DNA from: Lingula anatina | Lineage: Eukaryota > Animalia > Brachiopoda | NCBI GenBank assembly: GCA_051362555.1 | Contig: JBPQGU010000016.1 | Coordinates: forward strand, 4,340,001 to 4,404,000 | Reading direction: 5' to 3' | DNA length: 64,000 bases | In this document: in pieces, positions 27,901 to 37,700 of the stretch | Layout of the letters: each line of letters starts with the position of its first letter | How positions within the stretch are numbered: the stretch's first letter is position 1 | Position numbers and translations under genes: made by a program | Notes under the pieces: generated by a model | The model's database searches: none | What the model was told of the DNA's origin: nothing | Seen by the model: the letters and a program-made list of their open reading frames with translations, nothing else

Positions 27901-30900
27901 GTGACGAAAATCAATCTACCACACCTGTCATTCATAAAAAATGTGGAAACGCGCCCGGGTCACTTCATCAAGGCCCCCAATTCTAGCTTTAAAGATGATC
28001 CAAAAATAAGCTCTGAGAACAGAATCTGAGGGGGGGGGGGGGGGAGACAGAGTTTTTGCTCTATTTCTTCCTTAATGTTGACACCACCACTCTTCCAGCA
28101 CTTTATTCTTACTACAAATGACCAAACACACCTACCTGACACTATAATGAAGAAAAAAAATTTTCATCCCTACCTGGCCAAAATTGAAGAAATCTCACAG
28201 TGCCGGCACTGTTCAAAATCACTCAAAATCACCAAAAATCGACCCGTCTCCGATTTTTCCAAAAAGTGACGAAAATCAATCTACCACACCTGTCATTCAT
28301 AAAAAATGTGGAAACGCGCCCAGGTCACTTCATCAAGGCCCGCAATTCAAGCTTTAAAGATGATCCAAAAATAAGCTCTGAGAACAGAATCTGAGAGGGG
28401 GGGGGAGACAGAGTTTTTGCTCTATTTCTTCCTTAATGTGGACACCACCACTCTTCCAGCACTTTATTCTTACTACGAATGACCGAACACACCTACCTGA
28501 CACTATAATGAAGAAAAAAAATTTTCATCCCTACCTGGCCAAAATTGAAGAAATCTCACAGTGCCGGCACTGTTCAAAATCACTCAAAATCACCAAAAAT
28601 CGACCCGTCTCCGATTTTTCCAAAAAGTGACGAAAATCAATCTACCACACCTGTCATTCATAAAAAATGTGGAAACGCACCCGGGTCACTTCATCAAGGC
28701 CCCCAATTCTAGCTTTAAAGATGATCCAAAAATAAGCTCTGAGAACAGAATCTGAGAGGGGGGGGGAGACAGAGTTTTTGCTCTATTTCTTCCTTAATGT
28801 TGACACCACCACTCTTCCAGCACTTTATTCTTACTACAAATGACCGAACACACCTACCTGACAATATAATGAAGAAAAAAATTTTCATCCCTACCTGGCC
28901 AAAATTGAAGAAATCTCACAGTGCCGGCACTGTTCAAAATCACTCAAAATCACCAAAAATCGACCCGTCTCCGATTTTTCCAAAAAGTGACGAAAATCAA
29001 TCTACCACACCTGTCATTCATAAAAAATGTGGAAACGCGCCCGGGTCACTTCATCAAGGCCCCCAATTCTAGCTTTAAAGATGATCCAAAAATAAGCTCT
29101 GAGAACAGAATCTGAGAGGGGGGGGAGACAGAGTTTTTGCTCTATTTCTTCCTTAATGTTGACACCACCACTCTTCCAGCACTTTATTCTTACTACAAAT
29201 GACCGAACACACCTACCTGACACTATAATGAAGAAAAAAAATTTTCATCCCTACCTGGCCAAAATTGAAGAAATCTCACAGTGCCGGCACTGTTCAAAAT
29301 CACCAAAAATCGACCCGTCTCCGATTTTTCCAAAAAGTGACGAAAATCAATCTACCACACCTGTCATTCATAAAAAATGTGGAAACGCGCCCGGGTCACT
29401 TCATCAAGGCCCCCAATTCTAGCTTTAAAGATGATCCAAAAATAAGCTCTGAGAACAGAATCTGAGAGGGGGGGGGGAGACAGAGTTTTTGCTCTATTTC
29501 TTCCTTAATGTTGACACCACCACTCTTCCAGCACTTTATTCTTACTACAAATGACCGAACACACCTACCTGACACTATAATGAAGAAAAAAAATTTTCAT
29601 CCCTACCTGGCCAAAATTGAAGAAATCTCACAGTGCCGGCACTGTTCAAAATCACTCAAAATCACCAAAAATCGACCCGTCTCCGATTTTTCCAAAAAGT
29701 GACGAAAATCAATCTACCACACCTGTCATTCATAAAAAATGTGGAAACGCGCCCGGGTCACTTCATCAAGGCCCCCAATTCTAGCTTTAAAGATGATCCA
29801 AAAATAAGCTCTGAGAACAGAATCTGAGAGGGGGGGGGGGAGACAGAGTTTTTGCTCTATTTCTTCCTTAATGTTGACACCACCACTCTTCCAGCACTTT
29901 ATTCTTACTACAAATGACCGAACACACCTACCTGACACTATAATGAAGAAAAAAAATTTTCATCCCTACCTGGCCAAAATTGAAGAAATCTCACAGTGCC
30001 GGCACTGTTCAAAATCACCAAAAATCGACCCGTCTCCGATTTTTCCAAAAAGTGACGAAAATCAATCTACCACACCTGTCATTCATAAAAAATGTGGAAA
30101 CGCGCCCGGGTGACTTCATCAAGGCCCCCAATTCTAGCTTTAAAGATGATCCAAAAATAAGCTCTGAGAACAGAATCTGAGAGGGGGGGGGAGACAGAGT
30201 TTTTGCTCTATTTCTTCCTTAATGTTGACACCACCACTCTTCCAGCACTTTATTCTTACTACAAATGACCGAACACACCTACCTGACACTATAATGAAGA
30301 AAAAAAATTTTCATCCCTACCTGGCCAAAATTGAAGAAATCTCACAGTGCCGGCACTGTTCAAAATCACTCAAAATCACCAAAAATCGACCCGTCTCCGA
30401 TTTTTCCAAAAAGTGACGAAAATCAATCTACCACACCTGTCATTCATAAAAAATGTGGAAACGCGCCCGGGTCACTTCATCAAGGCCCCCAATTCTAGCT
30501 TTAAAGATGATCCAAAAATAAGCTCTGAGAACAGAATCTGAGAGGGGGGGGGGGGAGACAGAGTTTTTGCTCTATTTCTTCCTTAATGTTGACACCACCA
30601 CTCTTCCAGCACTTTATTCTTACTACAAATGACCGAACACACCTACCTGACACTATAATGAAGAAAAAAAATTTTCATCCCTACCTGGCCAAAATTGAAG
30701 AAATCTCACAGTGCCGGCACTGTTCAAAATCACTCAAAATCACCAAAAATCAACCCGTCTCCGATTTTTCCAAAAAGTGACGAAAATCAATCTACCACAC
30801 CTGTCATTCATAAAAAATGTGGAAACGCGCCCGGGTCACTTCATCAAGGCCCCCAATTCTAGCTTTAAAGTTGATCCAAAAATAAGCTCTGAGAACAGAA

Positions 30901-31103
30901 TCTGAGAGGGGGGGGGAGGCAGAGTTTTTGCTCTATTTCTTCCTTAATGTTGACACCACCACTCTTCCAGCACTTTATTCTTACTACAAATGACCGAACA
31001 CACCTACCTGACACTATAATGAAGAAAAAAAATTTTCATCCCTACCTGGCCAAAATTGAAGAAATCTCACAGTGCCGGCACTGTTCAAAATCACTCAAAA
31101 TCA

Positions 31104-31111
31104 CCAAAAAT
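31104..31111 (+). repeat. Target-site duplication, left copy (CCAAAAAT; right copy at 31780-31787)
   Basis: Uninterrupted monomers carry CCAAAAAT once at this position (e.g. 30743-30750); here it occurs on both sides of the element. Confidence 0.93.
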
Positions 31112-31188
31112 CACCCTGAGCTTCAGAGCTAACTTGACACTAACCTTTTCACTGTAGCCTATCTCCATCGTGTCAAGTAACCTCTGAC
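31112..31188 (+). repeat. Left terminal inverted repeat (77 bp)
   Basis: Exact reverse complement of 31703-31779 when read base by base; the match ends at 31189/31702. Confidence 0.97.
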
Positions 31189-31214
31189 GAAAATAGTTTG
31201 ACCTAGTTTATATA

Positions 31215-31275
31215 AGCCAATCAAATCCATGTTTCAAAATTTTTCACCAAAGTTTGGTGAAAACGCTGATTGGTT
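31215..31275. promoter_or_regulatory. CCAAT-box pair (NF-Y-type) upstream of the helicase fragment
   Basis: AGCCAATCA at 31215-31223 and TGATTGGTT at 31267-31275 flank a 23-bp hairpin. Function is inferred from motif only. Confidence 0.4.
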
Positions 31276-31391
31276 GACCGTCAATCGGCAATCCTCGGCT
31301 GATTCCGCAAGCTCCATACTAACAACATAGTTATTGTCGAGTGCGGAGACATCCGAGTAGTTCCGAGTGTATTACCGTACACAAAGAAAGC

Positions 31392-31566
31392 AAGGCGAGT
31401 GACTACGAAAAAGAATGTGTTCAGTTATCTCTTGATTCTTTGCAAAATATGAGTAAATCGGAATTGAAACCATAGGGTCTAGCAGTTTGAGGCCCTGCAT
31501 CATTATCTACTGAGAGACGATGTTATTTGCGTGCTGCCCACAGGTTACGGCAAGTCCCTGATATTC
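31392..31566 (+). pseudogene. Disrupted N-terminal fragment of a RecQ-like superfamily-2 helicase (Q-motif region and motif I/Walker A)
   Basis: Manual translation: 31392-31472 gives KASDYEKECVQLSLDSLQNMSKSELKP, then a stop and a 7-bp frameshift; 31483-31566 gives QFEALHHYLLRDDVICVLPTGYGKSLIF. This fits the RecQ-family pattern (F/L)(R/K)PxQxEAIxxxLxGxDVxxxxPTGxGKSLx(Y/F). Downstream motifs (Ia, DEAH) are absent. Confidence 0.85.
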
Positions 31567-31577
31567 AGCCTTATCTT

Positions 31578-31687
31578 TGATTGGTCCGGATTTGAACAAA
31601 GCGCGCTTTGACTCGTTCGCGTTCATTGGCTAGATCGTTTAATGAGTCATTGAGTGCGGGCTTTTAAATTTGATTGGCGGGCGGCGG
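31578..31687 (-). promoter_or_regulatory. Cluster of three minus-strand CCAAT boxes plus a GC-rich box inside the right TIR
   Basis: TGATTGG at 31578, CATTGGC at 31624 and TGATTGG at 31671 (spaced 46-47 bp apart); GGCGGGCGGCGG at 31676-31687; ATGAGTCAT at 31642-31650. Confidence 0.4.
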
Positions 31688-31702
31688 AGGCAATCGAATC
31701 TG

Positions 31703-31779
31703 GTCAGAGGTTACTTGACACGATGGAGATAGGCTACAGTGAAAAGGTTAGTGTCAAGTTAGCTCTGAAGCTCAGGGTG
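31703..31779 (-). repeat. Right terminal inverted repeat (77 bp)
   Basis: GTCAGAGGTTACTTGACACGATGG...GCTCAGGGTG is the exact reverse complement of 31112-31188. Confidence 0.97.
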
Positions 31780-34700
31780 CCAAAAATCAACCCGTCTCCG
31801 ATTTTTCCAAAAAGTGACGAAAATCAATCTACCACACCTGTCATTCATAAAAAATGTGGAAACGCGCCCGGGTCACTTCATCAAGGCCCCCAATTCTAGC
31901 TTTAAAGTTGATCCAAAAATAAGCTCTGAGAACAGAATCTGAGAGGGGGGGGGAGGCAGAGTTTTTGCTCTATTTCTTCCTTAATGTTGACACCACCACT
32001 CTTCCAGCACTTTATTCTTACTACAAATGACCGAACACACCTACCTGACACTATAATGAAGAAAAAAAATTTTCATCCCTACCTGGCCAAAATTGAAGAA
32101 ATCTCACAGTGCCGGCACTGTTCAAAATCACTCAAAATCACCAAAAATCGAACCGTCTCCGATTTTTCCAAAAAGTGACGAAAATCAATCTACCACACCT
32201 GTCATTCATAAAAAATGTGGAAACGCGCCCGGGTCACTTCATCAAGGCCCCCAATTCTAGCTTTAAAGATGATCCAAAAATAAGCTCTGAGAACAGAATC
32301 TGAGAGGGGGGGGGGGGGGGGAGACAGAGTTTTTGCTCTATTTCTTCCTTAATGTTGACACCACCACTCTTCCAGCACTTTATTCTTACTACAAATGACC
32401 GAACACACCTACCTGACACTATAATGAAGAAAAAAAATTTTCATCCCTACCTGGCCAAAATTGAAGAAATCTTACAGTGCCCGCACTGTTCAAAATCACT
32501 CAAAATCACCAAAAATTGACCCCTCTCCGATTTTTCCAAAAAGTGACGAAAATCAATCTACCACACCTGTCATTCATAAAAAATGTGGAAACGCGCCCGG
32601 GTCACTTCATCAAGGCCCCCAATTCTAGCTTTAAAGATGATCCAAAAATAAGCTCTGAGAACAGAATCTGAGAGGGGGGGGGGGAGACAGAGTTTTTGCT
32701 CTATTTCTTCCTTAATGTTGACACCACCACTCTTCCAGCACTTTATTCTTACTACAAATGACCGAACACACCTACCTGACACTATAATGAAGAAAAAAAA
32801 TTTTCATCCCTACCTGGCCAAAATTGAAGAAATCTCACAGTACCGGCACTGTTCAAAATCACTCAAAATCACCAAAAATTGACCCGTCTCCGATTTTTCC
32901 AAAAAGTGACGAAAATCAATCTACCACACCTGTCATTCATAAAAAATGTGGAAACGCGCCCGGGTCACTTCATCAAGGCCCCCAATTCTAGCTTTAAAGA
33001 TGATCCAAAAATAAGCTCTGAGAACAGAATCTGAGAGGGGGGGGAGACAGAGTTTTTGCTCTATTTCTTCCTTAATGTTGACACCACCACTCTTCCAGCA
33101 CTTTATTCTTACTATAAATGACCGAACACACCTACCTGACACTATAATGAAGAAAAAAAATTTTCATCCCTACCTGGCCAAAACTGAAGAAATCTCAAAG
33201 TGCCGGCACTGTTCAAAATCACTCAAAATCACCAAAAATCGACCCGTCTCCAATTTTTCCAAAAAGTGACGAAAATCAATCTACCACACCTGTCATTCAT
33301 AAAAAATGTGGAAACGCGCCCGGGTCACTTCATCAAGGCCCCCAATTCTAGCTTTAAAGATGATCCAAAAATAAGCTCTGAGAACAGAATCTGAGGGGGG
33401 GGGGGAGACAGAGTTTTTGCTCTATTTCATCCTTAATGTTGACACCACCACTCTTCCAGCACTTTATTCTTACTACAAATGACCGAACACACCTACCTGA
33501 CACTATAATGAAGAAAAAAAAATTTCATCCCTACCTGGCCAAAATTGAAGAAATCTCACAGTGCCGGCACTGTTCAAAATCACTCAAAATCACCAAAAAT
33601 CGACCCGTCTCCGATTTTTCCAAAAAATGACGAAAATCAATCTACCACACCTGTCATTCATAAAAAATGTGGAAACGCGCCCGGGTCACTTCATCAAGGC
33701 CCCCAATTCTAGCTTTAAAGATGATCCAAAAATAAGCTCTGAGAACAGAATCTGAGAGGGTGGGGTAGACAGAGTTTTTGCTCTATTTCTTCCTTAATGT
33801 TGACACCACCACTCTTCCAGCACTTTATTCTTACTACAAATGACCGAACACACCTACCTGACACTATAATGAAGAAAAAAAATTTTCATCCCTAGCTGAC
33901 CAAAATTGAAGAAATCTCACAGTGCCGGCACTGTTCAAAATCACTCAAAATCACCAAAAATTGACCCGTCTCCGATTTTTCCAAAAAGTGACGAAAATCA
34001 ATCTACCACACCTGTCATTCATAAAAAATGTGGAAACGCGCCCGGGTCACTTCATCAAGGCCCCCAATTCTAGCTTTAAAGATGATCCAAAAATAAGCTC
34101 TGAGAACAGAATCTGAGAGGGGGTGGAGACAGAGTTTTTGCTCTATTTCTTCCTTAATGTTGACACCACCACTCTTCCAGCACTTTATTCTTACTTCAAA
34201 TGACCGAACACACCTACCTGACACTATAATGAAGAAAAAAATTTTCATCCCTACCTGACCAAAATTGAAGAAATCTCACAGTGCCGGCACTGTTCAAAAT
34301 CACCAAAAATCGACCCGTCTCCGATTTTTCCAAAAAGTGACGAAAATCAATCTACCACACCTGTCATTCATAAAAAATGTGGAAACGCACCCGGGTCACT
34401 TCATCAAGGCCCCCAATTCTAGCTTTAAAGATGATCCAAAAATAAGCTCTGAGAACAGAATCTGAGAGGGGGGGGGAGACAGAGTTTTTGCTCTATTTCT
34501 TCCTTAATGTTGACACCACCACTCTTCCAGCACTTTATTCTTACTACAAATGACCGAACACACCTACCTGACACTATAATGAAGAAAAAAAATTTTCATC
34601 CCTACCTGGCCAAAATTGAAGAAATCTCACAGTGCCGGCACTGTTCAAAATCACTCAAAATCACCAAAAATCGACCCGTCTCCGATTTTTCCAAAAAGTG

Positions 34701-37700
34701 ACGAAAATCAATCTACCACACCTGTCATTCATAAAAAATGTGGAAACGCGCCCGGGTCACTTCATCAAGGCCCCCAATTCTAGCTTTAAAGATGATCCAA
34801 AAATAAGATCTGAGAACAGAATCTGAGAGGGGGGGGGGGAGACAGAGTTTTTGCTCTATTTCTTCCTTAATGTTGACACCACCACTCTTCCAGCACTTTA
34901 TTCTTACTACAAATGACCGAACACACCTACCTGACACTATAATGAAGAAAAAAAATTTTCATCCCTACCTGGCCAAAATTGAAGAAATCTCACAGTGCCG
35001 GCACTGTTTAAAATCACTCAAAATCACCAAAAATCGACCCGTCTCTGATTTTTCCAAAAAGTGACGAAAATCAATCTACCACACCTGTCATTCATAAAAA
35101 ATGTGGAAACGCGCCCGGGTCACTTCATCAAGGCCCCCAATTCTAGCTTTAAAGATGATCCAAAAATAAGCTCTGAGAACAGAATCTGAGAGGGTGGGGT
35201 AGACAGAGTTTTTGCTCTATTTCTTCCTTAATGTTGACACCACCACTCTTCCAGCACTTTATTCTTACTACAAATGACCGAACACACCTACCTGACACTA
35301 TAATGAAGAAAAAAAATTTTCATCCCTAGCTGACCAAAATTGAAGAAATCTCACAGTGCCGGCACTGTTCAAAATCACTCAAAATCACCAAAAATTGACC
35401 CGTCTCCGATTTTTCCAAAAAGTGACGAAAATCAATCTACCACACCTGTCATTCATAAAAAATGTGGAAACGCGCCCGGGTCACTTCATCAAGGCCCCCA
35501 ATTCTAGCTTTAAAGATGATCCAAAAATAAGCTCTGAGAACAGAATCTGAGAGGGGGTGGAGACAGAGTTTTTGCTCTATTTCTTCCTTAATGTTGACAC
35601 CACCACTCTTCCAGCACTTTATTCTTACTTCAAATGACCGAACACACCTACCTGACACTATAATGAAGAAAAAAATTTTCATCCCTACCTGACCAAAATT
35701 GAAGAAATCTCACAGTGCCGGCACTGTTCAAAATCACCAAAAATCGACCCGTCTCCGATTTTTCCAAAAAGTGACGAAAATCAATCTACCACACCTGTCA
35801 TTCATAAAAAATGTGGAAACGCGCCCGGGTCACTTCATCAAGGCCCCCAATTCTAGCTTTAAAGATGATCCAAAAATAAGCTCTGAGAACAGAATCTGAG
35901 AGGGGGGGGGAGACAGAGTTTTTGCTCTATTTCTTCCTTAATGTTGACACCACCACTCTTCCAGCACTTTATTCTTACTACAAATGACCGAACACACCTA
36001 CCTGACACTATAATGAAGAAAAAAAATTTTCATCCCTACCTGGCCAAAATTGAAGAAATCTCACAGTGCCGGCACTGTTCAAAATCACTCAAAATCACCA
36101 AAAATCGACCCGTCTCCGATTTTTCCAAAAAGTGACGAAAATCAATCTACCACACCTGTCATTCATAAAAAATGTGGAAACGCGCCCGGGTCGCTTCATC
36201 AAGGCCCCCAATTCTAGCTTTAAAGATGATCCAAAAATAAGCTCTGAGAACAGAATCTGAGAGGGGGGGGGGAGACAGAGTTTTTGCTCTATTTCTTCCT
36301 TAATGTTGACACCACCACTCTTCCAGCACTTTATTCTTACTACAAATGACCGAACACACCTACCTGACACTATAATGAAGAAAAAAAATTTTCATCCCTA
36401 CCTGGCCAAAATTGAAGAAATCTCACAGTGCCGGCACTGTTTAAAATCACTCAAAATCACCAAAAATCGACCCGTCTCTGATTTTTCCAAAAAGTGACGA
36501 AAATCAATCTACCACACCTGTCATTCATAAAAAATGTGGAAACGCGCCCGGGTCACTTCATCAAGGCCCCCAATTCTAGCTTTAAAGATGATCCAAAAAT
36601 AAGCTCTGAGAACAGAATCTGAGAGGGGGGGGAGACAGAGTTTTTGCTCTATTTCTTCCTTAATGTTGACACCACCACTCTTCCAGCACTTTATTCTTAC
36701 TACAAATGACCGAACACACCTACCTGACACTATAATGAAGAAAAAAAATTTTCATCCCTACCTGGCCAAAATTGAAGAAATCTCACAGTGCCGGCACTGT
36801 TCAAAATCACTCAAAATCACCAAAAATCGACCCGTCTCCGATTTTTCCAAAAAGTGACGAAAATCAATCTACCACACCTGTCATTCATAAAAAATGTGGA
36901 AACGCGCCCGGGTCACTTCATCAAGGCCCCCAATTCTAGCTTTAAAGATGATCCAAAAATAAGCTCTGAGAACAGAATCTGAGAGGGGGGGGGAGACAGA
37001 GTTTTTGCTCTATTTCTTCCTTAATGTTGACACCACCACTCTTCCAGCACTTTATTCTTACTACAAATGACTGAACACACCTACCTGACACTATAATGAA
37101 GAAAAAAAATTTTCATCCCTACCTGACCAAAATTGAAGAAATCTCACAGTGCCGGCACTGTTCAAAATCACTCAAAATCACCAAAAATTGACCCGTCTCC
37201 GATTTTTCCAAAAAGTGACGAAAATCAATCTACCACACCTGTCATTCATAAAAAATGTGGAAACGCGCCCGGGTCACTTCATCAAGGCCCCCAATTCTAG
37301 CTTTAAAGATGATCCAAAAATAAGCTCTGAGAACAGAATCTGAGAGGGGGGGGGGGAGACAGAGTTTTTGCTCTATTTCTTCCTTAATGTTGACACCACC
37401 ACTCTTCCAGCACTTTATTCTTACTACAAATGACCAAACACACCTACCTGACACTATAATGAAGAAAAAAAATTTTCATCCCTACCTGGCCAAAATTGAA
37501 GAAATCTCACAGTGCCGGCACTGTTCAAAATCACTCAAAATCACCAAAAATCGACCCGTCTCCGATTTTTCCAAAAAGTGACGAAAATCAATCTACCACA
37601 CCTGTCATTCATAAAAAATGTGGAAACGCGCCCAGGTCACTTCATCAAGGCCCGCAATTCAAGCTTTAAAGATGATCCAAAAATAAGCTCTGAGAACAGA

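Larger units (their letters stand above)
1..31111 (+). repeat. Satellite DNA array, ~361-bp monomer (left arm)
   Basis: The same monomer recurs every ~359-366 bp (ATGTTGACACC register at 176, 539, 901, 1263, ...). Length variation comes mainly from the poly-G tract. The array runs off the left edge of the window. Confidence 0.99.
31112..31779. mobile_element. 668-bp non-autonomous TIR DNA transposon (MITE-like deletion derivative) inserted in the satellite
   Basis: Non-satellite sequence bounded by perfect 77-bp inverted repeats (CACCCTGAGC...GCTCAGGGTG) and flanked by the direct repeat CCAAAAAT at 31104-31111 and 31780-31787. No transposase ORF. Confidence 0.97.

Noticed and set aside
31132-31140. 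TTGACAC shared between the TIR motif and the satellite monomer
   Set aside because: Only 7 bp and not at the insertion site, so it is compatible with chance and is no evidence that the satellite derives from the element.
31112-31779. Assignment of the insertion to hAT or P, or to a solo LTR
   Set aside because: The 8-bp TSD and CA...TG ends fit hAT or P, but no transposase sequence is present and the helicase cargo is atypical, so it is left unassigned. A solo LTR would have TG...CA ends, a 4-6 bp TSD and no long TIRs.
31654-31899. 81-aa ORF MRAFKFDW...
   Set aside because: Chimeric read-through across the right TIR into satellite, with a GTG start and no motif.
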